Shown one piece after another: positions 16,134-24,826 of a DNA stretch of 43,182 nucleotides; positions within the stretch are counted from its first letter, which is position 1, and each line of letters starts with the position of its first letter. A program made the translations under genes and the position numbers. This DNA comes from an uncultured Thermofilaceae archaeon (GTDB taxonomy: Archaea > Thermoproteota > Thermoprotei > Thermofilales > JAPDKD01): assembly GCA_964522715.1 (NCBI GenBank), contig CAZFWY010000007.1, positions 1 through 43,182 on the forward strand, written 5' to 3'. The notes beneath the pieces were generated by a model, which worked only from the letters and a program-made list of their open reading frames with translations, was not told where the DNA came from and did no database searches.

Positions 16134-17264
16134 TCACCTGGTTTTACCCAGCGCTACGTACAGTATCACGGCGGCTATGAGAACGGCGATGGATAACAGG
16201 GTGTATATGGTTAGCGCGTAGGCTCTCTCAACTACCTTCAACTTTATCGTCACTTTAAGGTTGACGTCGCTCGACGGGGAGTATATCTCCAGCAGCGTGT
16301 TCACGTTTGAGTTCGGCGAGCCTCCCACGAACCTCGCTATCACTATCACTTTGTCCTCCTTGTTCACCAGCGCGCCCTTAATGGCCAGTGCTGGCCTGTC
16401 GGGGTCTACCAGTGGGAGCGTAGTATCCACGGGGAACTCCTTATCACCGCACCTACACATAGAGAATATGTGGAGCCGCGCCTTGTCGTACACGACCTCT
16501 ATGTTGTCTTGCTTAGTCTTAAGAGGCTCCTTACCGTAGTAGTAGAGGGACAGGTAGAGGTAAGAGCCGATTCCCTTCCTCCTTAGCAAGGCGGTTATAA
16601 GCCCGGCTCTATCCCCGCAAGCTCCCTTCCTATTCTTTAAGACATCCCTGGGCAGCGAAACCCCACCCTCAACGGGCTCGCCGTACTCGACGTTCCCGGC
16701 GACCCGCTTCACAACCTCCAGGACATACTGCCTCCAATCCTCATCAGACTTATTCCACAACTCATTAGCCAAGTCGTCCAGGGCCGTAGAGTTCTCAGCG
16801 TCAGACCAGAAACCACCCGTATACACCAGCTCGCCCGTAACGTTACAAGCCTCCATCTCAGCAGGCATATCCTTAAACTCCCTACTCCCGAAAGAGCGAA
16901 CCCTAACCAACTGCACCACCTGTATCGTGTGGTTAGAGCCAGGCTCTAACTCCAAGACGTCGTCGGAGACGAGCATCTGGTTACGCTCCGAATCCACGGT
17001 CAACCTGAAGCTCTTAGTCGTATCGTTACCGTCAATCACCACCGAGTAGTTGGCGAGTTCCTGCCACCCCTCTATATCAGGCACTAGGTAGAACCTCAGC
17101 AGAGAACCGTTGAGAGGCAAAACCACCGTGCTATTCCCCTTATTAACGAAGACGTACGTAACACTGTACTCATAGACAGTCTCCCCAGCCTGCCCAGTAG
17201 CGTACACTGGAACTAACACCAACAATGACAATAAAGCCAGCGAAAGTAACCTGCGCATACTCAC
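16134..17264 (-). CDS. Secreted, C-terminally anchored transglutaminase-like (cysteine protease fold) protein
   Basis: Signal peptide MSMRRLLSLALLSLLVLVPVYA, transglutaminase-core context RKGACGDRAGLITALLRRKGI, and C-terminal TM LTIYTLLSIAVLIAAVILYVAL. Confidence 0.75.
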   Translation of the reverse strand: MSMRRLLSLALLSLLVLVPVYATGQAGETVYEYSVTYVFVNKGNSTVVLPLNGSLLRFYLVPDIEGWQELANYSVVIDGNDTTKSFRLTVDSERNQMLVSDDVLELEPGSNHTIQVVQLVRVRSFGSREFKDMPAEMEACNVTGELVYTGGFWSDAENSTALDDLANELWNKSDEDWRQYVLEVVKRVAGNVEYGEPVEGGVSLPRDVLKNRKGACGDRAGLITALLRRKGIGSYLYLSLYYYGKEPLKTKQDNIEVVYDKARLHIFSMCRCGDKEFPVDTTLPLVDPDRPALAIKGALVNKEDKVIVIARFVGGSPNSNVNTLLEIYSPSSDVNLKVTIKLKVVERAYALTIYTLLSIAVLIAAVILYVALGKTR

Positions 17265-17412
17265 CAGCCAGAAATTAACAAAACATTCTCATTAAAGAAG
17301 AATAGCTCAAGGCCGAGCTGAAAGAGCAGCCTAATGAAAAGATCAGGTTTCAGTTAAATGGAGGGGATGATTTTTCTAGGAAGGAATAACAAGAAATTCT
17401 GCAAACTTAAGT

Positions 17413-18273
17413 ATGAGCTATATACCCCGCATTGATAGGTTACAAAGTATGGTCAGGGTGGGTGTCGCGCTGGTGTACTCGGGGGTTGACGCCGCGAGTA
17501 GAAATATAGCTCGCCACGTCAGGGAGCTCGTGGGTGAGTGGGAGGAGGTAGACCTAGGGGGCTCAAAGGCCTTCTACTCGCCGGAGATAGGCGCTGCCCT
17601 AGTGGGGGTGGAGGGCGAACTCGTCTACGCCGACCAAGTCGAGGACATCGTGGAAGCCGACTTGATGGTTTTCCTGAGTAGGCACGCGGCCGCGGCTAGG
17701 CTTCCCTCTCTCACCGTACACGTCCCGGGGAACTGGACCGGTGAAGCTAGGCTGGGTGGGGAACCCGAGAAGCTCTGCGTGGCTCCGGCTACGCCCATGT
17801 TGGCTACTCTCCGTTTCATGTGTGAGCACAAGTCGGACTACGGGTTGGACGACTGGCTATGTAGTTACGAGGCAACTCACCACGGCCCTTACATACGATC
17901 TACGCCCGTCTTCTTCGCAGAGATCGGGAGTACCGAGGAGGAGTGGGTGAACGAGAGGGCTGGGGAGTTAGTGGCCATGGCCGTAGTCGAGGGGTTGAAG
18001 GAGAGAGGTGGGGAGGCATTCCTGGGTATAGGCGGGCCGCACTACGCTCCTAAACTGACCAGGTACGCGCTGGAGAAGGGGGCGCCCATAGGACACATAG
18101 CGCCCAAGTATGTCTTAGGCGTGGTTAAGCCAGAGGTCCTGGTTAAAGCCGTCGAGAGAACTATGGAGAGAGTTAAGGGAGTAATTATAGACTGGAAGGG
18201 TACGAAGCGCTCCCAGAGGGACAGACTACTGCCTAAGCTGCTAGACCTAGGGCTAGTACTTGTCAGGGCTTAG
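17413..18273 (+). CDS. dtdA: D-aminoacyl-tRNA deacylase, archaeal type (DTD2)
   Basis: SRHAAAARLPSLTVHVPGNW, YEATHHGPY, FFAEIGSTEEEWVNERAGE, GIGGPHYAPK and IDWKG match my recollection of Pyrococcus DTD2. ATG 17449 (MVRVGVALVYS) may be the true start. Confidence 0.88.
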   Translation: MSYIPRIDRLQSMVRVGVALVYSGVDAASRNIARHVRELVGEWEEVDLGGSKAFYSPEIGAALVGVEGELVYADQVEDIVEADLMVFLSRHAAAARLPSLTVHVPGNWTGEARLGGEPEKLCVAPATPMLATLRFMCEHKSDYGLDDWLCSYEATHHGPYIRSTPVFFAEIGSTEEEWVNERAGELVAMAVVEGLKERGGEAFLGIGGPHYAPKLTRYALEKGAPIGHIAPKYVLGVVKPEVLVKAVERTMERVKGVIIDWKGTKRSQRDRLLPKLLDLGLVLVRA

Positions 18274-18578
18274 ACTACTTTTTCAACTCTGACTTTGGCC
18301 TGGTCTTTGTCGTATACGAGCGATGCCTCCACGTAAAGCGCGTTCTCTAGGCTCCTCGTCTTCACAGGAGCTATCCCGAGGGCCCCAGCCATTTCCTCCA
18401 CTAACTTGAGGACTTCGTGCGCCTTACTCCTAGTCCACACTAGTTCGTCTATCGTGTTGTAGAGGTTGCGCTTAACCTTCAGTATCTGCATCTTAACATC
18501 CTTGGGGACATCCTCCCTCTCCACTATCTGGTCTAGTATCCTTATAGCCTCTCTAATACCGTTATACGACATATCCAT
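18270..18578 (-). CDS. Small helical protein, UPF0147-like
   Basis: 102 aa. AIRILDQIVEREDVPKDVKMQILKVKRNL resembles the UPF0147 pattern (I..L..I..D..VP...R). Weak call. Confidence 0.45.
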   Translation of the reverse strand: MDMSYNGIREAIRILDQIVEREDVPKDVKMQILKVKRNLYNTIDELVWTRSKAHEVLKLVEEMAGALGIAPVKTRSLENALYVEASLVYDKDQAKVRVEKVV

Positions 18579-18656
18579 CCCCGCCTCTAACCCTCATAGA
18601 CGGAAATAACCAGTTGCAGCCCCCACTTCCGAAAATACGGGGATATTACCCCAATA

Positions 18657-19304
18657 CTACTCTCCCATCTCTCCGAGTAGGCGTTTAATGCGGGCTCTGT
18701 CGAGGGCTAGGGCTGCCTGCGCCCTCAGACACTTGTACGTGGTGGTGGACGTTATAACCCCCTTCCTCCTAAGCCCAGCTATCAAGCGGCCGAGTTCCTT
18801 CTTAGTCACGCCCAGCCTCTCAGCCGCTTCCTCCAGAGTTTTAGTTGTGGCTATGGCTTCTAGTACGCGTTCCTCACCCGAGTCTAGGTCTACGGTGCCC
18901 GCCAAGAGTATGTTCGCCACTGTTTCCTCTACGACCCTAGATACCAGGGCGGCTAGGTCGTCTAGGGATACGAAGCCGAGGAACTCGTCCATCACTATCA
19001 CCTTCACGCCCAGCTCGCCAGCCAGTACCTCGGCCGCCTCGTTCGAGAAACCCCTGGATACGACTAAGGCCTCGGCCCCTACCAGGCGAGCATTGGAGAA
19101 GGCCTGCCTGACGTCGGTTACGGAGACCTTCCCTGACTTGACCTCGACCGCGTAGGTCGTCCCCTCCTTCTCGGCGATTAAGTCTATCTCGGCCACTTCC
19201 ACGCCCCTGACCTTCACCCTCCTCTTACGCTCAACTATCCTGTAGCCCAGCCTAGACAGTAGGGACTCGGCCAGCTCCTCGGCTAAAGCCCCCCTGAACG
19301 ACAT
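18657..19304 (-). CDS. YraN/Hjc-like PD-(D/E)xK nuclease-fold protein with C-terminal HTH
   Basis: GALAEELAESLLSRLGYRIV...AEIDLIAEKEGTTYAVEVKSGK (E, D, ExK). The C-terminal part is HTH-like: TLEEAAERLGVTKKELGRLIAGLRRKGVI. Confidence 0.62.
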   Translation of the reverse strand: MSFRGALAEELAESLLSRLGYRIVERKRRVKVRGVEVAEIDLIAEKEGTTYAVEVKSGKVSVTDVRQAFSNARLVGAEALVVSRGFSNEAAEVLAGELGVKVIVMDEFLGFVSLDDLAALVSRVVEETVANILLAGTVDLDSGEERVLEAIATTKTLEEAAERLGVTKKELGRLIAGLRRKGVITSTTTYKCLRAQAALALDRARIKRLLGEMGE

Positions 19305-19306
19305 GG

Positions 19307-20767
19307 CTACTCCCCGCTGGTCAAGGCTCTCAGGAAGTCTTCAACGCAGAACTTTATTGCGGCTATCCAGGGCGAGCCCACGGCGCAGCCCCGCTCAGCT
19401 ATCCTTTTCAAGGTCTCTATCCTGAAGAGTGTTGGTGGGTGGGGCTTCCAGAGCAACCAGTACATCAGCCTACCCCCTGGTCTCTTCTCAAACGCTATTC
19501 TCGTCAAACCCAGTTTTTCGAGGGCGGAGGACAGGCTTAAGGGGAGATTTAGGCGTACGGCGGCCTCTATGTCAGCCCTGGTCTCGATTATCTTCGCCAG
19601 GAAGAAGAACACAGTCAGAGAGAAGAAGAGGTATATGAAGGCGAAGCCTGGGGGGAAGAAGGGCCTAAAGGTCGTTAGTACGTAGACCCTGGTCAGGTAC
19701 TCGGCGGCTCCCAGCAGGAACAGGGTTAGAACGTCCCAGTTCTTTAGGTGGCTTAACTCGTGGCCTAGCACCGCCTCCACCTCCTTCTCACTCAGCCTGG
19801 TGAGTAGGCCCGTAGTTATGAAGATGGCCGCGGTCAGGGGGTAAAGACCCGTCGCTCCGGCGTTCGGGATAATTATGTTCGCTATGTAGATGGAAGGGGT
19901 CTTCAACCCGTACTTAGCGGTCACCCTCTCGACTAAGCTGTAGATGTCTATCTTCTTAACTTCGAGTTCATATTCACCGGGCTTTAAACCGTAGCTGGCG
20001 AGCAATGCGTTAATATACTCCCTGTCTACTTCCTCCCGCCCAGCCACGGCCTCATACATCCTACGCTTAATCTCGTACCTCTTGGGCATAAATATCCTTG
20101 AGAGGAGTTCCTTGTAGGACTCTATCGGCACCTTTACCCCGACGAGATATACGAATCTGTGCAGTTCGTCGAGCCTCCAGTCCCCCAATATGCCAGCCAT
20201 TATGTAGGGGGCTAGGAGCATCAGGGGTATCTGCATCAACACCAGGGCTATCGGGGTTAGGTAGGGACCTAGGGCCACGTACACGGCGTACGATATGAGT
20301 ATGGAGACGGCGAATATGAAGACCATGTTCCCCAGGAACATGCCCTGCAGCGCTTTGAAGAGCCTGGACTCGGCTTTCGGGGGGACTAGGCTGAGCCCCG
20401 GAATCAGTACGAAGTAGAATATCCCTTTATCCCCTCCCACAGCGAACGTGTAGATCAAGTTCTCGACGTAAGTAGCTATCCTCTCGGCTCTCTCCGCGGC
20501 GTAAGCCCCCGAAACCACTATTTTAGCCCGCGGGGAGGAGTCCGGGACCACTACGAGCACCTCGTACCTTGAGTCCCCGTACCTGCCCACGATCATTAAC
20601 CCTGGGGCCCCGCCATAGCTGACTTTCAAAACACCCTCGATACTATCTCCTAGAGCCGTTTTGAGGTGCTTAGCTACAAAAGCCAGTAACTCCTCTGGGT
20701 CTCTCTTAACCTTCACCTCGCTGAAGCTCCTCTCCCACACTACAACATCACTCATACTATCAAGCAT
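19307..20767 (-). CDS. M48-family (HtpX-like) membrane zinc metalloprotease with an N-terminal soluble extension of about 110 aa
   Basis: HExxH in VLGHELSHLKNWD and several TM segments. The stop lies 2 nt before the start of the nuclease-like gene. Confidence 0.85.
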   Translation of the reverse strand: MLDSMSDVVVWERSFSEVKVKRDPEELLAFVAKHLKTALGDSIEGVLKVSYGGAPGLMIVGRYGDSRYEVLVVVPDSSPRAKIVVSGAYAAERAERIATYVENLIYTFAVGGDKGIFYFVLIPGLSLVPPKAESRLFKALQGMFLGNMVFIFAVSILISYAVYVALGPYLTPIALVLMQIPLMLLAPYIMAGILGDWRLDELHRFVYLVGVKVPIESYKELLSRIFMPKRYEIKRRMYEAVAGREEVDREYINALLASYGLKPGEYELEVKKIDIYSLVERVTAKYGLKTPSIYIANIIIPNAGATGLYPLTAAIFITTGLLTRLSEKEVEAVLGHELSHLKNWDVLTLFLLGAAEYLTRVYVLTTFRPFFPPGFAFIYLFFSLTVFFFLAKIIETRADIEAAVRLNLPLSLSSALEKLGLTRIAFEKRPGGRLMYWLLWKPHPPTLFRIETLKRIAERGCAVGSPWIAAIKFCVEDFLRALTSGE

Positions 20768-20863
20768 CCAGAGTAAGGAGTCCTATAAGAGGATTCGCAG
20801 CCAGAAAAACGTGTTTATAAAAATTAGATTGTTAAAAAGCTCTTACAGACTCTAAGCGATCTC

Positions 20864-22816
20864 TTAGCCTCCAACGCCTACTTCTAAGATGTCGTACTCC
20901 CCTTCTTCCTCTCTCCCTCTGAATCCTCGCGCCTTAGCCATTAATGTGACCACGCCTATCGACAGCATGGCAGCCGCTGCTTCGAGAGTGCTTACAGGTA
21001 TGTTTACTAGGGGTATCTCGAAGAGTACGTCTAGCTTCACCTCGACCGTCTTATCCTTGTCCACTTCTACCTCGTCGTACTTCTCTATCCTCTTGTAGAG
21101 GGCGTGGATCACGTAGCTCCCGCGTGGCACCTGCTTGAACACGGCCATCCCGTTGTCGTTGGTCTCTAGGGTCGCCAGGGTTGAGCCGTCGGGCGTTATG
21201 AGGGATACCTCTGTTCCGACGAGCGGGCTACCCTTAACGTCTACAGTCCTAACTGTTAGGTCGTAAACTGCGCATGGTATCTCTATCTTCCTGGAAATTA
21301 TGGTACCTAGCTTCTTCTCGGCCACAGTGACTCCTCTAAACTCGACCCTAACGTCGTAGAGACCCGGCTTGTAGAGCTTAGTAGTCGCAGTCCCGTCAAC
21401 CCCCGTGGTGAGAGTCTCGTTCAGCGGCCCGTTCACGCTTATCGTGGCCTTAATCAGCGGCCTACCCTTGGAGTCCACGGCTTTAAAGACTATTGGGCTC
21501 CACTCTATCTTGAAGAAGTACTCGCCATACTCGACCGCGCCTTCGGACTTAATCTGTATGTAGGCTTCGTCTTCCAGCACCCCGACTCCTCTGAGGGCTG
21601 AGAACCAGGGCTTAAGGGCTGACCTATAGTTACCATAGCTGTCTCCGCTGGGGGTTATGACGTCCACTATACGGCCGTAACTGGGTATCTGTACTACGGC
21701 GTAGGCCATGGCGAAGTGGCCGATGTCATTCTCACCCACCCTCATAAACACTCCCTCGGGAGTCCAGTCCCCCGCTTCCTTGATGTGCACCGGGACGTAG
21801 ATCACGTTTATCGGCGCGCTCATGGGGTTGATCACTCTGAATGAGTTGCCAAAGGCTATGTAGGCCTTAATCCAGAACCTCAGGTTGAGCGGCGGTATTA
21901 GGAATGACGCCCCCTTAATCGATATTATCTCGTCCTCGAAGTAGGCGTAGTCTACGGCTTCAGCCTCTATGTACGCCGTAGACCTAGAGTTCCTCGCGGG
22001 CTCCAGGCAGTACAGTATCACTATGCTACCCAGGTTCCTCCAGCCCTTGGGAGCCCTAACTCTGTAAACCCTAGACCCGCCAGCCGGAACTGAGTCATTG
22101 TAGAAGGCCTCGTGTACCGCTATGAAGGCCGAGGGTAAGACGTTCTCCTCCCCCTCGTCTAAGAGTATTTCGTACTTGCCTAGGGGTAGCTCGGACATGT
22201 CCAGTACCAGGTGCTTGGGGTCTAGCTGTATGGCGTTCGGATCTGTGAGTTCCTGCTTCCTGGGGTCTAGGTAGTTGACCCCGTCTGGCCCCTTGACACC
22301 CATTATCGCGTAGGGGGCGTGGTTCTCGATGGTTACCTTGACCGAGATGTCTTTGCCGGAGTAGGGTAGCCCGGGGCTCTCGACATTGATAGTTATAGAC
22401 TTGCCCTTAATCGGAACCCACACTCTCCTCAAATACACGGCTTTAACCTTGACCGTTAGAGTTGCGTTGCCGCTCTTACACGTTATAGAGACATCACCGC
22501 TCTTCGACACGACGCCCTTCACCCTCCCTCTCTCCTCAACTATTGAGTCATAAGTCACAGGCATCACGTTAGGCGGCGCCCCATCCTCGAACAGGACCTC
22601 CATGTAGTAGAGCTTGTACCCTGGCGGCTCAGGCGGCGCAGAGAGGGTCTTTATCGACCCAGCTCTCAACATGATTTCTGCCGAGTCCTCGGCCGTTACC
22701 ATGTAGTCTACTCTCGCGTAATACAGCGGAGCCCCCCCATCTTCAGCCGCGGCTCTCACGGCTATGAGGGGGGCTAGCGACATTAACAGTAATATCAACG
22801 CTACTACTCTCTTCAC
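20864..22816 (-). CDS. Secreted, C-terminally anchored surface protein with two CarboxypepD_reg-like beta-sandwich repeats
   Basis: Signal peptide MKRVVALILLLMSLAPLIAVRA. Repeats: VDSKGRPLIKATISV...GVDGTATTKLYKPGLYDVRV and VDVKGSPLVGTEVSL...NDNGMAVFKQVPRGSYVIHA. C-terminal TM segment. Confidence 0.72.
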   Translation of the reverse strand: MKRVVALILLLMSLAPLIAVRAAAEDGGAPLYYARVDYMVTAEDSAEIMLRAGSIKTLSAPPEPPGYKLYYMEVLFEDGAPPNVMPVTYDSIVEERGRVKGVVSKSGDVSITCKSGNATLTVKVKAVYLRRVWVPIKGKSITINVESPGLPYSGKDISVKVTIENHAPYAIMGVKGPDGVNYLDPRKQELTDPNAIQLDPKHLVLDMSELPLGKYEILLDEGEENVLPSAFIAVHEAFYNDSVPAGGSRVYRVRAPKGWRNLGSIVILYCLEPARNSRSTAYIEAEAVDYAYFEDEIISIKGASFLIPPLNLRFWIKAYIAFGNSFRVINPMSAPINVIYVPVHIKEAGDWTPEGVFMRVGENDIGHFAMAYAVVQIPSYGRIVDVITPSGDSYGNYRSALKPWFSALRGVGVLEDEAYIQIKSEGAVEYGEYFFKIEWSPIVFKAVDSKGRPLIKATISVNGPLNETLTTGVDGTATTKLYKPGLYDVRVEFRGVTVAEKKLGTIISRKIEIPCAVYDLTVRTVDVKGSPLVGTEVSLITPDGSTLATLETNDNGMAVFKQVPRGSYVIHALYKRIEKYDEVEVDKDKTVEVKLDVLFEIPLVNIPVSTLEAAAAMLSIGVVTLMAKARGFRGREEEGEYDILEVGVGG

Positions 22817-22927
22817 TTTCCCACCGAGATTAGTATTGAAAACTAATGTAAAGACAGAGACGGATAACCATGGACGAAAATAGCTATTTAATACGTACGT
22901 AGTCGCTGTATCTGTTCAATGCTGATC

Positions 22928-23230
22928 TTAGAAGCTAGTAGGGTTAGAGGTAAGAATACCCCTAAGAATACCTACGTACTCCTCAGGCAAAGCCACTCTT
23001 ATTATCAGGGGAAGAGGGTTATCGTACTTTAACCTGAAAAGATCTTCCTCCCTAACGAGTTTATCCTCTACTAATATTAGGATAACGTCTTTATCTTTAC
23101 TACGGCAAATCTTCCCTAAAACGCCATATACTTCCTCAGGACTTCTAACTTCTACAGTCCTTATCCCTAAGATTTTCAATGGCAAAAGGAAGTCACGCCT
23201 GCCTAAAGCCACAATGTAACTTCGACGCAT
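22928..23230 (-). CDS. A/V-type ATP synthase subunit F-like protein (divergent paralog)
   Basis: 100 aa. YIVALGRRDFLLPLKILGIRTVEV...DVILILVEDKLV...PLPLIIRV follows the ATP-synt_F pattern. Confidence 0.65.
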   Translation of the reverse strand: MRRSYIVALGRRDFLLPLKILGIRTVEVRSPEEVYGVLGKICRSKDKDVILILVEDKLVREEDLFRLKYDNPLPLIIRVALPEEYVGILRGILTSNPTSF

Positions 23231-23240
23231 CGGCTTATCG

Positions 23241-23570
23241 TCACTCCTCCAAACTCTTACCTTTAGCCCCTATTTTCAGTTTCACACCTACAGCAGTCGA
23301 TAAAGTTTCGTACAAGTCCTTTAATCTCTCAGTTTTCGTCTTACCGAATCCAGGGACTAAAATAATCAAGGGCGGATACCTCATCTCTTTAAAGACCCTT
23401 TTAATTCTATCCTCATACTCCTTGTAAACATCCTCCTCTATAATTACGGCGCTAGCCTCCCTAATTCTTTCCATTAATGTGTGCGAGTCAACCTCGTCTA
23501 AGCTAATCACTCGTATACCCAGAACTTTTAATGAGTGCACATTCCCGCTCCTACCAATAGCAATTAACAT
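23241..23570 (-). CDS. atpF: A/V-type ATP synthase subunit F
   Basis: 109 aa. MLIAIGRSGNVHSLKVLGIRVISL...AVIIEEDVY...PPLIILVPGFG...LSTAVGVKL. Confidence 0.8.
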   Translation of the reverse strand: MLIAIGRSGNVHSLKVLGIRVISLDEVDSHTLMERIREASAVIIEEDVYKEYEDRIKRVFKEMRYPPLIILVPGFGKTKTERLKDLYETLSTAVGVKLKIGAKGKSLEE

Positions 23571-23811
23571 ACTATTCCTAGCTCTCCTCTCCCCACAACA
23601 ATTAATAATTTATGCTCCCAGGCGCCGCGACACACTACCCAAGGAAAGAAGACGTCCCACAAACTTACCTGCTCATCAGCTAAAAAACCATGAAATTGGG
23701 GCAAGAGAGGCGGTGTAAGGTACTCAGGGAAGTACCTCGTGAGTAGGGGGCGTAGTTTATATGTTACCTCCTGATACTTGAGTACGTACAAGGTCGCCGG
23801 AGGTCAAAGTT

Positions 23812-24147
23812 ATGGCTGAAGTGCTAAACAGAGAAGAGGTTTCATTAAAAGTCTTAGAGGAAGTTCGGAGACAGGCCTTAAAGATAATAGAGGAAGCTCA
23901 AAGAGATGCGGAGAAAATAATAGGAGAGGCGAAAAAACAAGCTGAGGAAATAGCCAGGCTGCACTTAACTCTGGACGAAGAGGAGTTAGAAAAAGCAGAG
24001 GCTGAGAAATTAGAGAAAGAAGTCGAGGAGCTTAGAGCTGAGCTCTCTAAAAAACTGGACGACTTCATGAGGAAGTTGGAGGAAAACCGCGAATTGATAA
24101 TTAAAGAATTAGTTGAAGCCATATTGGGCCTAGGTGAAGAATCATGA
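23812..24147 (+). CDS. atpH: A-type ATP synthase subunit H (peripheral stalk, coiled coil)
   Basis: 111-aa E/K/A-rich coiled coil (IIEEAQRDAEKIIGEAKKQAEEIA). It immediately precedes and overlaps atpE by 4 nt. Confidence 0.75.
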   Translation: MAEVLNREEVSLKVLEEVRRQALKIIEEAQRDAEKIIGEAKKQAEEIARLHLTLDEEELEKAEAEKLEKEVEELRAELSKKLDDFMRKLEENRELIIKELVEAILGLGEES

Positions 24148-24767
24148 GCAAGTCAGACCTCCTGATATTCTTGTTAGAAAAAATATGGGAGAAAGCCCAG
24201 CAAGAAGCTGAACGAATAAGGGAGGAAGCCAAGGTTAAAGCTAAAGAGATATTAGAAGAAGCTAAGAAACGAGCTGAAACTGCGAAAATCGAGAGAGAAA
24301 CCGAGATAAGGCTAAGAATACGGAGGAGGCTTTACCGAGAATACGCGTTAAAAAAGTTAGAGTTGAGGAGGTACTTCATTCTAGAGAAAAACAAAGCCTT
24401 GAAAGAACTGTTAGAGCGAGCCATAAAAATAGCATACGACCTGGCCGAGAAAAGAGATAGTAAATACTTAGAGGCACTTAAAAAATTGGCAATAAATGCA
24501 GTATCACGAGTGGGGTCTGAGAAAGTCATACTATATTGCTGCAGTGAGGAGGATAAAGCGTACCTTAAAGAGGTAATCAGAGAAATATCAGATGTGGTAT
24601 CACAAAGAAGGAAAGTGGAGATTATAGTCGCAGACAAGGTACTCAACTGCAACGGGGGAGTTATAGCTGTCAGCGCCGATGGGAGAATTATTTACAACAA
24701 CACGTTAAACGCTAGAATAAAAAGAGTAGAGACTGAGCTACTACCAGCTCTGTTATCAAAGCTTTAG
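24144..24767 (+). CDS. atpE: A-type ATP synthase subunit E
   Basis: 207 aa with an N-terminal coiled coil and a C-terminal globular part (GGVIAVSADGRIIYNNTLNARI). Confidence 0.85.
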   Translation: MSKSDLLIFLLEKIWEKAQQEAERIREEAKVKAKEILEEAKKRAETAKIERETEIRLRIRRRLYREYALKKLELRRYFILEKNKALKELLERAIKIAYDLAEKRDSKYLEALKKLAINAVSRVGSEKVILYCCSEEDKAYLKEVIREISDVVSQRRKVEIIVADKVLNCNGGVIAVSADGRIIYNNTLNARIKRVETELLPALLSKL

Positions 24768-24826
24768 ACGCGCTCTGTTAAAGCATTATTAAGTAGCCAT
24801 ATGTTTGATATGAGGGTCGCACGGCT

